Below, in pieces: positions 1-9,727 of a stretch of DNA of 50,171 bases. The stretch spans positions 1 through 50,171 of the forward strand of contig DATNBB010000280.1 of NCBI GenBank assembly GCA_035607335.1, given 5' to 3'. Within the stretch, counting starts at the first letter, position 1; each line of letters starts with the position of its first letter. Source of the DNA: Candidatus Binatia bacterium. Lineage in GTDB: Bacteria; Acidobacteriota; Terriglobia; Acidiferrales; UBA7541. The position numbers and the translations under genes are program-made. Under the pieces are notes generated by a model. That model searched no databases. It saw nothing but the letters and a program-made list of their open reading frames with translations, and was not told the DNA's origin.

Positions 1-103
1 CTGTGTTTTTACGTTATCGCAACCGTCGCAACGGCCAGCTCACTGGGATGGAAGACAGGAATCGAGTTTCCGCCACTCGCCAATTACCGCTCACTACTCA
101 CGC

Positions 104-210
104 ATTTTCTAATCGCCGGTCTGCCGATTAGAATTCGACCTAACCCTTGCACTCTCAACAGAAACCCAATCTCTAATCGACAAAAACAGGGCATTTTTTG
201 AGCCGACTTT
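104..210 (+). repeat. Intergenic repeat element, copy A (palindrome-bearing, upstream of cysS)
   Basis: Perfect palindrome TTCTAATCG (107-115), 9-nt spacer, CGATTAGAA (125-133). Then CTCTCAACA 152-160, TCTAATCGAC 172-181, an A5 run 182-186 and a T6 run 194-199. About three-quarters identical by hand alignment to 29277-29383, while the flanks are unrelated. Confidence 0.8.
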
Positions 211-332
211 TACGACAGGAGGACGGTGCTGAGACATAGAAGCCGACGTTTGCGAGGAACGCCGCCTGTCGGCTAGAATGGTGAGCCTTTGCGCGGCGGA
301 GGACGACTAACGCACCCGGCTTCGGCTAGACG

Positions 333-1772
333 ATGATCCCGATCAAGCTTCACAACACGCTGACAAACCAACTCGAGACGCTGAGTCCCATCCATCCGGG
401 CGAGGTAAGGATTTACACGTGCGGCCCCACGGTTTACGCGTACGCGCACATCGGAAATTTTCGCACGTTCGTATTTCAGGATATTCTGCGGCGCTTCCTG
501 CGCTCACAGGGATTGCGGCTGCTGCACGTGATGAACGTGACAGACGTGGACGACCGCATTATCGTCAACGCGGCCGGCGCGGGCATAAGCATTCGCGAGT
601 ACACCGAAAAATACATTCAGGCGTTTCTCGACGATATGGCGGCGATTAATCTGGAGCAGCCGGAGATCCTGGCGCGCGCGACAGAACACATCGACGATAT
701 GGTCGCGCTGATCGAGAAACTGCAAAACAAGGGCTTCACGTACAAGAGCGACGGCTCGATTTATTACCGCATTGCGAAGTTCCCGAAATACGGCAAGCTT
801 TCCCGCATCGACGTGAGCGGGATGCAATCCGGCGCGCGAGTGGACGTGGATCGCTACGAAAAAGACGACGCTCGCGACTTTGCGCTCTGGAAGGCACCCA
901 AAGCCGGCGAACATTTCTGGGAGACACGCATCGGCCCAGGTCGTCCCGGGTGGCACATCGAATGTTCGGCGATGGCGATGAAATATCTGGGAGAGACGCT
1001 GGATATTCATGCGGGCGGCGTCGATTTGTCGTTTCCCCATCACGAAAACGAAATCGCGCAAAGCGAAGGCGCTACTGGCCATCTTTTCTCAAAGATTTGG
1101 CTCCATGGGGAGCATCTGCTCGTTGAGGGCCAAAAGATGTCGAAGTCGCTCGGCAACTTCTATACGCTGCGCGACTTGTTTGCAAAGGGCGAGAAACCGT
1201 CGACACTGCGCTTTCTGCTGCTTTCGGTGCCCTACCGGCGGCAATTAAATTTCACGGAAGATGGATTACGGCAGGCGCAAAGCTCCGTGGAAAGATTGCG
1301 GACGTTCATCACGCGGCTGAAGACAACGAATTTTCCCGAAGGTTCTTACGAACCGATGATGGTTCGCATCAAGCGCGCAGAAACGGATTTTGACGCTGCA
1401 CTCGCCGATGATTTAAACACCGCCGTGGCATTGGCCGCCGTCTTCGATCTGGTCCGCGACGCCAATTCGGCGATGGATCGCGGCACTTTCCAGCAGCAGA
1501 ATGCAACACGGGCAATTGCCGCGATGGAGAAATTCGATGCCGTACTCGCGGTGCTAACGGTCGACGATGATGAAAAGCTGCAGAAGATGGGCTTTACGCA
1601 AGGCGACACCCGCATGCCTGCTGAACAGGTCGAGGCATTGATTGAAGAGCGTAAAGCAGCAAAATCGGCGCGAGATTTTCAGCGCGCGGACGCCATCCGC
1701 AAACAGCTCTCCGATTCTGGTATTATTTTGGAAGACGCAAAAGACGGCACTGTCCGTTGGAAATACAAATGA
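333..1772 (+). CDS. cysS: Cysteine--tRNA ligase
   Basis: 479-aa ORF. N-terminal CGPTVY..HIGN (HIGH-class) motif and a KMSKS loop, typical of class I CysRS. ATG at 333. Confidence 0.96.
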   Translation: MIPIKLHNTLTNQLETLSPIHPGEVRIYTCGPTVYAYAHIGNFRTFVFQDILRRFLRSQGLRLLHVMNVTDVDDRIIVNAAGAGISIREYTEKYIQAFLDDMAAINLEQPEILARATEHIDDMVALIEKLQNKGFTYKSDGSIYYRIAKFPKYGKLSRIDVSGMQSGARVDVDRYEKDDARDFALWKAPKAGEHFWETRIGPGRPGWHIECSAMAMKYLGETLDIHAGGVDLSFPHHENEIAQSEGATGHLFSKIWLHGEHLLVEGQKMSKSLGNFYTLRDLFAKGEKPSTLRFLLLSVPYRRQLNFTEDGLRQAQSSVERLRTFITRLKTTNFPEGSYEPMMVRIKRAETDFDAALADDLNTAVALAAVFDLVRDANSAMDRGTFQQQNATRAIAAMEKFDAVLAVLTVDDDEKLQKMGFTQGDTRMPAEQVEALIEERKAAKSARDFQRADAIRKQLSDSGIILEDAKDGTVRWKYK

Positions 1773-1938
1773 CAGCCTCCATTATTTCCTTGAAACAGAC
1801 GCTTGCCTTGCATAGCGAGCCCTCAAGCGAGCGGCCTAATCTTTTCGGCATCGATTAGTTCGTCTCCCTCGTACAACACAGCAGCATCAAAATTCCTCGC
1901 GCAAAAAATCGAATCGGAGCACCATGGGGGGAAGATAT

Positions 1939-3285
1939 ATGCGTACCGCCGAAATGAAATTGCCGCATCTGGTGACCTCGTTGCCGGGGCCGAAGGCGAG
2001 GGCCGCAGTCGAGCGGGATCATCGCGTGATCTCCTCTTCCTACACACGGGATTATCCACTAGTCGCCAAGTCGGGACGCGGTGCCATCGTTGAAGACGTG
2101 GACGGAAACAGGTTCCTCGATTTCGCCGCGGGTATCGCCGTCGTTTCAACGGGCCATTGCCACCCCGATGTGGTAGCCGCCATTCAGAAGCAGGCGAGCG
2201 AACTGATCCACATGTCCTGCACGGATTTCTACTACACGGGAATGGTAGATCTGGCGGAACGCTTGGCAGCAATCGCTCCCGGCGGCGCGGGCAAGCGCGC
2301 CTATTTCGGCAACTCAGGCACCGAAGCGATTGAGGCCGCCATGAAGCTGGCGCGCTATCACACCCGCCGGGACAAGTTCATTGCGTTTCACGGCTGCTTT
2401 CACGGGCGAACGATGGGTGCGCTATCACTGACGGCAAGCAAAGCCGTGCAGCGAAAGCATTTCGGCGCTCTATTGAGCGGCGTCTTCCATGCGCCGTATC
2501 CGAATACATACCGCGGCGCACACGGCGTTCGCCCAGAGCATGCGGCCGGAGACGCACTCGCGTTTATTGAGACGGAGCTGTTCAAACGGCTCGTCGATCC
2601 GGAAGAAGTAGCGGGCATTTTCGTGGAGCCAATTCAGGGCGAGGGCGGGTATCTGCCGGCACCCGCAGAGTTTTTGCAAGGACTGGAACGGATCTGCAAG
2701 AAACATGGCATTTTGCTGGTCGCAGACGAAGTGCAGTCCGGCATGGGCCGCACCGGAAAATGGTGGGCGGTGGAGCATGCCGGGATTGAGCCAGATTTAG
2801 TTTGTGTGGCGAAAGGAATTGCATCAGGCATGCCGCTGAGCGCTGTGATCGCAAAGCCGGGCGTGATGGACTGGAAACCAGGTGCGCATGCTTCGACGTT
2901 CGGCGGAAATCCGGTCGCAATTGCAGCGGCGCTCGCAACTATCGAACTGATCGAACGTGAGTACATGTCTAACGCGGCGCGGATGGGCGAGTTTATCTTT
3001 GGGGAGATGTCCGACTGGACGGAGCGACACAAAATCGTCGGCGATGTGCGTGGCCGCGGTTTGATGATCGGAGTCGAAGTCGTCCGCGATCAGAAAACGA
3101 AACAGCCTGCGCCGGAGTTACGGAAGAAGATTCTCGAAGCGGCATTCCACAAAGGACTCTTGATTCTGGGAGCCGGCGAAAGTACTCTGCGGCTCGCGCC
3201 GCCGCTCTTAATTGACGAGGAGCAGGCCGCGTTTGCCGTGCGGACGCTTGATGAGTGCATCGGCAAAGTTGAACGAGACGCCTGA
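1939..3285 (+). CDS. Class-III PLP-dependent aminotransferase (4-aminobutyrate/acetylornithine aminotransferase family)
   Basis: ORF 1924-3285 with a class-III aminotransferase layout (LLVADEVQSGMGRTGKWW, VAKGIASG lysine region). Start placed at ATG 1939, with a G-rich SD at 1926-1934. ATG 1924 is also possible. Confidence 0.88.
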   Translation: MRTAEMKLPHLVTSLPGPKARAAVERDHRVISSSYTRDYPLVAKSGRGAIVEDVDGNRFLDFAAGIAVVSTGHCHPDVVAAIQKQASELIHMSCTDFYYTGMVDLAERLAAIAPGGAGKRAYFGNSGTEAIEAAMKLARYHTRRDKFIAFHGCFHGRTMGALSLTASKAVQRKHFGALLSGVFHAPYPNTYRGAHGVRPEHAAGDALAFIETELFKRLVDPEEVAGIFVEPIQGEGGYLPAPAEFLQGLERICKKHGILLVADEVQSGMGRTGKWWAVEHAGIEPDLVCVAKGIASGMPLSAVIAKPGVMDWKPGAHASTFGGNPVAIAAALATIELIEREYMSNAARMGEFIFGEMSDWTERHKIVGDVRGRGLMIGVEVVRDQKTKQPAPELRKKILEAAFHKGLLILGAGESTLRLAPPLLIDEEQAAFAVRTLDECIGKVERDA

Positions 3286-3292
3286 GGAAAGA

Positions 3293-3778
3293 ATGTTTGC
3301 GCGAGCGATGTTCGCGATGATCGATTTTGCCGCGCGCAAAGGCCTGGCGCCGGACGCTAAGCAAACGCAAGCGGTTGTATCGAGAGGTTCTATGAAGCAA
3401 CGTGCCCGCGTGACGGGTATTCGCGGAGAGACGTACGCGTATTGGTATTTGCGCAGGCATGGTTATTTGATGGTGGCGCGTAATTACTCCGTGCCCGGCC
3501 TGAAGGGCGAAATCGATATGGCGGGCTATGATGGAAGTGTCCTGGCATTTGTCGAGGTAAAGACGCGATCGGTTACAAACGACGGTCCGCGAAAGATGGC
3601 GCTGCCTGAAGAGGCTGTTAATGCGGAGAAGCAGCGCAATGTGACGCGGATGGCGCGGCAATTCCTGCGCGCGCGGCGGGTCGAAACTGAGCCTTATCGT
3701 TTTGACGTTGTGGCAATTGAAACGCGACCTGGCTCTCGTCCAGAGGTGCGGCTGCACAAAGGCGCGTACACCGGATAG
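3293..3778 (+). CDS. yraN: YraN/UPF0102 family endonuclease-like protein
   Basis: YWYLRRHGY..VARNY..GEIDMAGYDG..LAFVEVKTR and RFDVVAIE motifs. Start moved to ATG 3293 (GAGGAAAG just upstream). The longer ORF from 3212 would overlap the preceding gene. Confidence 0.82.
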   Translation: MFARAMFAMIDFAARKGLAPDAKQTQAVVSRGSMKQRARVTGIRGETYAYWYLRRHGYLMVARNYSVPGLKGEIDMAGYDGSVLAFVEVKTRSVTNDGPRKMALPEEAVNAEKQRNVTRMARQFLRARRVETEPYRFDVVAIETRPGSRPEVRLHKGAYTG

Positions 3779-3937
3779 ATTACTCTGCCGAATAGCAACT
3801 TTGTTGCTCTGCGCACTTGAGGCGTTCTCGAGTAGTGTAGATACTTAACACACGCAAATGCGAGTCTGCGGCGCAGTTGCACTACTGCGGCCGAATGAGT
3901 TCGCCACGCGATTGCCTAGCAGGTGCGAGGAGGATGT

Positions 3938-4939
3938 TTGCCGGAGCTTCGTAAAGATCCCATCACCGGCCGATGGGTGATCATTTCCACAGACCGCAGC
4001 CGCCGCCCAACCGACTTTTTGCGTGAGAGCGTTCAGATTACGGGCGTGTCCTTGTGCCCATTTTGCCCAGGGAACGAAGGGAAAACTCCTTCGGAGGTGC
4101 TGGCGTACGGGCGCAACGGAGGAGCCAAAGATACGCCGGGGTGGACAGTTCGAGTGGTGCCGAACAAATTTCCGGCACTGGGTATCGAAGGGAATCTCGA
4201 CCGCGAGGGCGAGGGTCTCTTCGATCGTATGAACGGAATCGGCGCGCACGAAGTGATTATCGAGACGCCGAATCATGCGGCGACGCTCGCAACCATGTCG
4301 CCAAGCGAACTCGAACAAACGCTGTGGGCGTATCGCGATCGAGTGCTCGATCTGAAGAATGATCGACGTTTCCGCTATGTGCTGCTATTTAAAAATCATG
4401 GCGAGGCGGCTGGGGCGACGCTCGAACACACGCACTCCCAATTGATTGCGCTGCCGATCGTGCCGAAGCGAGTGATCGAAGAGGTGGATGGCGCGCGCCA
4501 CTACTATGATGAAAAAGAGCGATGCATTTTCTGCGACATGATCCGGCAGGAGATGGAAGACAAGGTCCGCGTCGTCGCGATGAACGAGCTTTTCATCGCG
4601 CTCGAACCTTACGCGCCGCGATTTCCTTTTGAGACGTGGATTTTGCCGCGCCAGCATAGTTCGGCATTTGAGCACATGCCGACGCCTTCTTATCGCTGCC
4701 TGGCCGATCTGCTGGGGAATATTCTCAAGAGGTTGGACTCAGCGCTGCTCTCGCCGGCATACAACTTCGTAATTCATACCTCGCCCATCGGCGAAGAGAT
4801 GAACGAGTTTTATCACTGGCATATTGAGATGATGCCGAAGCTGACGAAAGTCGCCGGATTTGAGTGGGGGACGGGTTTCTATATCAATCCGACGCCGCCT
4901 GAGGAGGCGGCGCGCTTCCTTCGCGACGCCAAAGTGTGA
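3938..4939 (+). CDS. galT: Galactose-1-phosphate uridylyltransferase (HIT superfamily)
   Basis: ELRKDPITGRWVI N-terminus, CPFCPGNE zinc motif and HTHSQ active-site motif. Start is TTG 3938 behind GAGGAGGA (3927-3934), or GTG 3923. Confidence 0.9.
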   Translation: MPELRKDPITGRWVIISTDRSRRPTDFLRESVQITGVSLCPFCPGNEGKTPSEVLAYGRNGGAKDTPGWTVRVVPNKFPALGIEGNLDREGEGLFDRMNGIGAHEVIIETPNHAATLATMSPSELEQTLWAYRDRVLDLKNDRRFRYVLLFKNHGEAAGATLEHTHSQLIALPIVPKRVIEEVDGARHYYDEKERCIFCDMIRQEMEDKVRVVAMNELFIALEPYAPRFPFETWILPRQHSSAFEHMPTPSYRCLADLLGNILKRLDSALLSPAYNFVIHTSPIGEEMNEFYHWHIEMMPKLTKVAGFEWGTGFYINPTPPEEAARFLRDAKV

Positions 4940-4951
4940 AGTGGCAGTTTT

Positions 4952-6529
4952 TTATTGGCCAGTTACATTTAACGTGGAGGGCCGCCCTATATTTCCGTCG
5001 ACCCAATGAAGGAAATATTTCATGTTCGGGGCATCGGTGTGGCCGCCATCATCTTGGCGCCATGCAAGCTGGCCATCGAGCAGTCCGTGATTTACCGGCG
5101 GCATTTTCGCGGTGTGATAGTCATTGCTAACGCCTAAGCCTTTGGCGCCGAGAAGCTCCCAAACGGGACTGGCAGCGACCGTTGCCATATAGCTGCCCTG
5201 ATGATCGAGCCATTTCGCGTCGCCCTTTTCCGGAATGCCGTAGCTGATGAATGTGAGGCGGGGCGCGCACAATGCAATCAATTCATTCGAATCCACGGGA
5301 ATGTCGCCTGGATTTTTGCTGCCGAACGTGGCATCAGATGCCCCGTACTTCATGAAGTTTCCGGCCATCCAGTAATATTCGCCACCTGTGAGGCTCTCGA
5401 CAGCTTCTCCGAAATTACGGCGAAGCAACGTGGCTCCTCCTTTTCCCGAAGAACCGACCAGCACCGCAGCAAAGCGCTGATCGAACGCCATTGTCACAAG
5501 AGCCGCTTTGCCGTATCGCGACACGCCTTCGATGCCAACGTGCTTAGCATCCACGACAGGATCGGTCTCGAGATAATCTAAGCCACGAGCTGCGCCCCAC
5601 GCCCAGGCGCGCAGCGCGCCCCAATCTTCCGGTGTGCGCGGCTGCCCTTTATTTACAAGGCCAATGATGCCTCGGGTGAGCCCCGCTGCACTGTCGGCCT
5701 GGATGCTGGTGGGATTGATTGTCGCGAAGCCCCATCCATCAGCAACAATCTCCCATTCGCTTGGCGGATCGCCATCCGCGTTAAGCTGCGGCGGCGTAAA
5801 TAGGGGAGCCTGCACGAAATCGAAACCGGGATGTTCGGCGAAGATCTGATCGAGTGAAGGATCTTCGCGGACGAGGAGTGCCTTGATCTCTGCATTGAGC
5901 TTCTCGCGCTGCGATTCGGTAGGTTGGCTCGGCGCGGGAAAACCGCTGCGGCCAAACATCATTAGGACCGGGACCGGCCCTTTCGCAGCCGCCGGAGTCA
6001 CAAGGGTCATCTGAATGTTCACATCGATTAGCGGATAACTTGAATTATCGACGTGGCCGAAAAGCGTCTTCGCAATTACGGGTGTGCGACCGAGGAACTC
6101 TTTATCTGTGGCGGAAACAGACCACGTGACTTTGGGGACGTTTGCGGGAACGCGACCGTAAATGTACCGCTCATAGTCCGCAATGATTTCAGGGCGGCGC
6201 TTCTGCCACCAAACCTGTGCCGTTGTGACCTTTTCACCATCGTTAAGCGTGAGGGCGTCCGGAAGATCTGGATAGGGATTCGCGACCGACTCATCATAAT
6301 TCGCGTGATTGGGTGCGTTTTCATTGCCGCTTGGCCCGGGACGGAGAGCACGAATGCCGAGTTGCTGCATCATGTTCTGCTGATCCTGCTGCGCCGTGAA
6401 CGTCACAGGTGAGGGTTGCACTGACGCAGGGGAAGCCGTTTGCGCGAATACCCGCGGGATCACCAATGCAGCCAGAGCAACAAGAGACACAATCGCTGCG
6501 CACTTTAGAAGTAACTTAGGCCTCTGCAT
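4952..6529 (-). CDS. Secreted carbohydrate esterase family 15 (glucuronoyl esterase)-like alpha/beta hydrolase
   Basis: 525 aa with an N-terminal signal peptide. LPDALT..W..RRPEI N-terminal block and a GVSRYGK nucleophile motif (CE15 consensus G-x-S-R-x-G-K). Confidence 0.72.
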   Translation of the reverse strand: MQRPKLLLKCAAIVSLVALAALVIPRVFAQTASPASVQPSPVTFTAQQDQQNMMQQLGIRALRPGPSGNENAPNHANYDESVANPYPDLPDALTLNDGEKVTTAQVWWQKRRPEIIADYERYIYGRVPANVPKVTWSVSATDKEFLGRTPVIAKTLFGHVDNSSYPLIDVNIQMTLVTPAAAKGPVPVLMMFGRSGFPAPSQPTESQREKLNAEIKALLVREDPSLDQIFAEHPGFDFVQAPLFTPPQLNADGDPPSEWEIVADGWGFATINPTSIQADSAAGLTRGIIGLVNKGQPRTPEDWGALRAWAWGAARGLDYLETDPVVDAKHVGIEGVSRYGKAALVTMAFDQRFAAVLVGSSGKGGATLLRRNFGEAVESLTGGEYYWMAGNFMKYGASDATFGSKNPGDIPVDSNELIALCAPRLTFISYGIPEKGDAKWLDHQGSYMATVAASPVWELLGAKGLGVSNDYHTAKMPPVNHGLLDGQLAWRQDDGGHTDAPNMKYFLHWVDGNIGRPSTLNVTGQ

Positions 6530-6604
6530 GGATTCCTCCCGGCAGTGCTATGCTTGCTCCGCCCTTTGAGGGCTAACTTCACCGGGGATATTTAAGGCTT
6601 AGAA

Positions 6605-7867
6605 ATGACATTTGTACAGCGAAACTTCTTACCGTTATCGTTAACGCTCCTGCTGGTGGCGGCGCCACGCACAGGGCAAGGGCAGCCAGAGTCAAAGAAG
6701 AGTGAACCAACGTGGGTAGGAACGTGGGCTGCCTCACAGCAAATTCCTGAGCCGCAAAACTCACTCCCCTCTGACGATTTGCGCGATGCGACCGTACGCC
6801 AGATCTTTCACCTCTCGATCGGCGGAGAGACACTGCGCGTCAGGCTCTCAAATGCGTTCGGCACGGCGCCGCTGCATTTCACATCCGTGGATATTGCGCG
6901 ACCGCTTTCGCTTTCCTCTCCGCAGATTGACCCAGCAAGCAATAAAGTGCTGACTTTCTCGGGAAACAGCGATGTTATTGTCCCTGCCGGCGCCGACTAC
7001 GTTTCCGACCCGATCAGTTATCCCGTCGAGGCGCTTTCAAGCCTGGACGTTACGTTCCATCTGGACGAGCCTCCCGCTGGCGAAACCGGGCATCCCGGTT
7101 CGCGCGCTACTTCGTATTACGTTCACGGCAATATGGTGAGCGCAGCCGATTTGCCCAAGGCAAAACGCGTCGATCACTGGTATCAAGTGTCCGGGATAGA
7201 TGTAACCGCAGCGCAAAATGCGGCCGCGATTGCGGTGCTCGGCGATTCCATTACGGATGGCCATGCCGCGACGACGAACGGAAACGATCGGTGGACGGAT
7301 GTGCTGGCCGCGCGGTTGCAAGGCTCCGCCGCAACGCGAAATGTGGCGGTCCTGAACGAGGGAATCGGCGGCAATCATTTACTCACGGATGGATTGGGCC
7401 CGAATGCGCTTGCCCGATTCGATAGAGACGTGATCGCACAAGCCGGCATACGTTACGTGATCGTGCTGGAGGCGATCAACGATTTAGGCGACCTGACTCG
7501 TCTTGGGGACGTCTCCCCACAGGCACACTCTGAAATGGTTCAACGGATCATCGCCGCCTACGAGCAAATTATCGCGCGCGCGCATGCGCATGGTATCGAA
7601 GCAATTGGAGCAACGATTCTCCCTGATGCGGGCTCGACGTATTACCATCCCGGCCCGAGCAACGAGGCTGACCGGCAGGCCGTGAACGGGTGGATTCGCG
7701 CTCCCGGCCACTTCGATGCGGTAATCGACTTCGACAAAATCATGAGGGACCCACAACAGCCGGAGCGCCTATTGCCCGCTTACGATTCCGGTGATCATCT
7801 CCATCCTTCGCCATCTGGATATCACGCGATGGGTGAGGCCGTGCCGCTAGCGCTCTTCGCGCAATAG
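6605..7867 (+). CDS. Secreted SGNH/GDSL-family hydrolase (esterase/lipase)
   Basis: 420 aa with a signal peptide. VLGDSITDG (block I Ser), GGN block and a C-terminal DHLHPS (D-x-x-H) catalytic block. Confidence 0.85.
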   Translation: MTFVQRNFLPLSLTLLLVAAPRTGQGQPESKKSEPTWVGTWAASQQIPEPQNSLPSDDLRDATVRQIFHLSIGGETLRVRLSNAFGTAPLHFTSVDIARPLSLSSPQIDPASNKVLTFSGNSDVIVPAGADYVSDPISYPVEALSSLDVTFHLDEPPAGETGHPGSRATSYYVHGNMVSAADLPKAKRVDHWYQVSGIDVTAAQNAAAIAVLGDSITDGHAATTNGNDRWTDVLAARLQGSAATRNVAVLNEGIGGNHLLTDGLGPNALARFDRDVIAQAGIRYVIVLEAINDLGDLTRLGDVSPQAHSEMVQRIIAAYEQIIARAHAHGIEAIGATILPDAGSTYYHPGPSNEADRQAVNGWIRAPGHFDAVIDFDKIMRDPQQPERLLPAYDSGDHLHPSPSGYHAMGEAVPLALFAQ

Positions 7868-8013
7868 CGTTGCGCGTTCATCAATGGCAGCGGCCGATTA
7901 GAACCAATGCACATCGAGCGGGGTGGCTTCTGGTTATTCCCATAATCCTGGAGTAATCTTCCTTCCTGCGGTGTCTACTTATAGTGCTTGTACTGCGCAA
8001 TGAGGCGAATCCC

Positions 8014-9705
8014 ATGAGTTGGGCCAAAAGGCGAGCCATCATCATTTCGGTAATTGCCGTTGTCTTTATTTTGATCGCGTGGGCGGCACTCCAGCCGACC
8101 CATATACCGTTAGCGAAGTCCGTGCTCGTGATCGACGCGCAAGGCGAGATTACGGAACAGCGCTCGATGGACATCCTCAGTGCGCTGGGTGGCAGCAATA
8201 CGCCTGTTCTGCACGATTATTTGGATGCGATCGATGCAGCGCGCACCGATCCTCGCATCGTCGGCATGGTGGTGCGTATCGGCCCGCTCAGCACGGGATG
8301 GGCGAAGCTGGAGGAAATTCGCAGCCGCCTGATCGCGTTTCAGTCAAGCGGTAAGCCGAGCATCTGCTATCTCGGATACGATGGCATTGAGAATGGCGAA
8401 TATTACCTCGCCAGTGCCTGCAAGCAGATATGGCTCGTGCCAAGTGCGCCCGTGAATATTCACGGGATGATGGCCGAGGCGACATTTTATCGGGGAGCGC
8501 TCGATAAGCTGAAAATAGTGCCCGAGTATTACCACATTGCCGAATACAAAACGGCCGGAAACGAATATACCGAGAAGAAGTTCACCCCCGCCCACCGCGA
8601 GGAAGTCGAGTCGCTGCTTCATAGCATCTACGATCAATACGTCTCGGAAACATCGGCAGCGCGTCACATGAAACGTGACCAGTTTGACGCGCTGGTGAAG
8701 TCCGGTCCTTTCCTCGGCGCGGAAGCTGTAACGAACGGCTTGGTCGACCGGCTAGCCTATTGGGATCAGGTCCAGGGCTATTTCCGCAATCGCCCAGGCG
8801 GCTGGAACGAGCTTTCTCTGAATCGCTATCGCACGATGCTTCCCGGCCCGTCGGGCGAGCGCATTGCTGTGGTACACGTCACCGGCCTAATCGCCTCAGG
8901 CGGTTCCGGAAGTTCGCCAACAGAAGGACAGATTTCCGGAGGAGATTCCATTGCCGCGGCGTTGCGTGCGGCACGCAACGATTCGGGGATTCACGCGATC
9001 GTGCTACGCGTGGATTCCGGCGGTGGATCGGTGGTGGCAAGCGAAGTGATCCGCCGCGAAGTGCAACTCGCGAATTCCGTCAAGCCGGTGGTCGTTTCGA
9101 TGTCCGATACGGCTGCATCGGGCGGCTACTGGATCTCTGCGCCGGCCAGCCGTATTGTCGCCGATCCGGATACAATCACGGGATCGATTGGTGTGCTGAT
9201 AGGCAAATTTAATCTGGCCGGGCTCTACAATATGCTGGGCGTCAGCACAGACTCCGTTGCCACAAGCGATAATGCGACGCTCTTTTCCGATGAGCAAAAC
9301 TTCTCCCCCGTGCAACGCGAATACATCCAGCGATCATTGCAGGATACGTACACGGAATTTACGGCGGGCGTCGCGGCGGGCAGACGAATGTCCGTGGAGG
9401 CAGTGGACAAGATCGCAAAGGGCCGAGTCTGGTCGGGCGCGCAGGCCAAGGAGATTGGCCTCGTCGACGACCTCGGGGGGATCGATCGCGCCGTCGAAGT
9501 GGCGAAGCAACTCGCGCACATTCCCAAAGCGCAGTCCGTTCAATTGGTGCAATATCCAGCGGAAAAGAGTTTTTGGCAAATGTTGCTCGAACACGATTGG
9601 GACGAATCAAGTCGCGCTGCATCACTTAAGCAAGAGCTGGAGAAAATCGTTAGCGTGATGGAGCCCGTGCAGGCCCGTGTTCCATTCGATCTGCGGATTC
9701 GATAG
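8014..9705 (+). CDS. sppA: Signal peptide peptidase SppA, 67K type
   Basis: Two tandem ClpP/crotonase-like S49 halves, an N-terminal TM helix and SMSDTAASGGYWIS around the catalytic Ser. Start placed at ATG 8014 (MSWAKRR...). Confidence 0.9.
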   Translation: MSWAKRRAIIISVIAVVFILIAWAALQPTHIPLAKSVLVIDAQGEITEQRSMDILSALGGSNTPVLHDYLDAIDAARTDPRIVGMVVRIGPLSTGWAKLEEIRSRLIAFQSSGKPSICYLGYDGIENGEYYLASACKQIWLVPSAPVNIHGMMAEATFYRGALDKLKIVPEYYHIAEYKTAGNEYTEKKFTPAHREEVESLLHSIYDQYVSETSAARHMKRDQFDALVKSGPFLGAEAVTNGLVDRLAYWDQVQGYFRNRPGGWNELSLNRYRTMLPGPSGERIAVVHVTGLIASGGSGSSPTEGQISGGDSIAAALRAARNDSGIHAIVLRVDSGGGSVVASEVIRREVQLANSVKPVVVSMSDTAASGGYWISAPASRIVADPDTITGSIGVLIGKFNLAGLYNMLGVSTDSVATSDNATLFSDEQNFSPVQREYIQRSLQDTYTEFTAGVAAGRRMSVEAVDKIAKGRVWSGAQAKEIGLVDDLGGIDRAVEVAKQLAHIPKAQSVQLVQYPAEKSFWQMLLEHDWDESSRAASLKQELEKIVSVMEPVQARVPFDLRIR

Positions 9706-9727
9706 CGACGAAGGTAAACGCGTTTCC

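Noticed and set aside
210-332. T-box leader upstream of cysS
   Set aside because: I see no T-box consensus (AANNNGGGUGGUACCGCG-like), no specifier-loop architecture, and no GC-rich terminator/antiterminator pair.
2993-3757. 254-aa minus-strand ORF overlapping the aminotransferase 3' end and yraN
   Set aside because: This is an Arg-rich, low-complexity antisense translation of two recognisable plus-strand genes. It has no start context or motifs.
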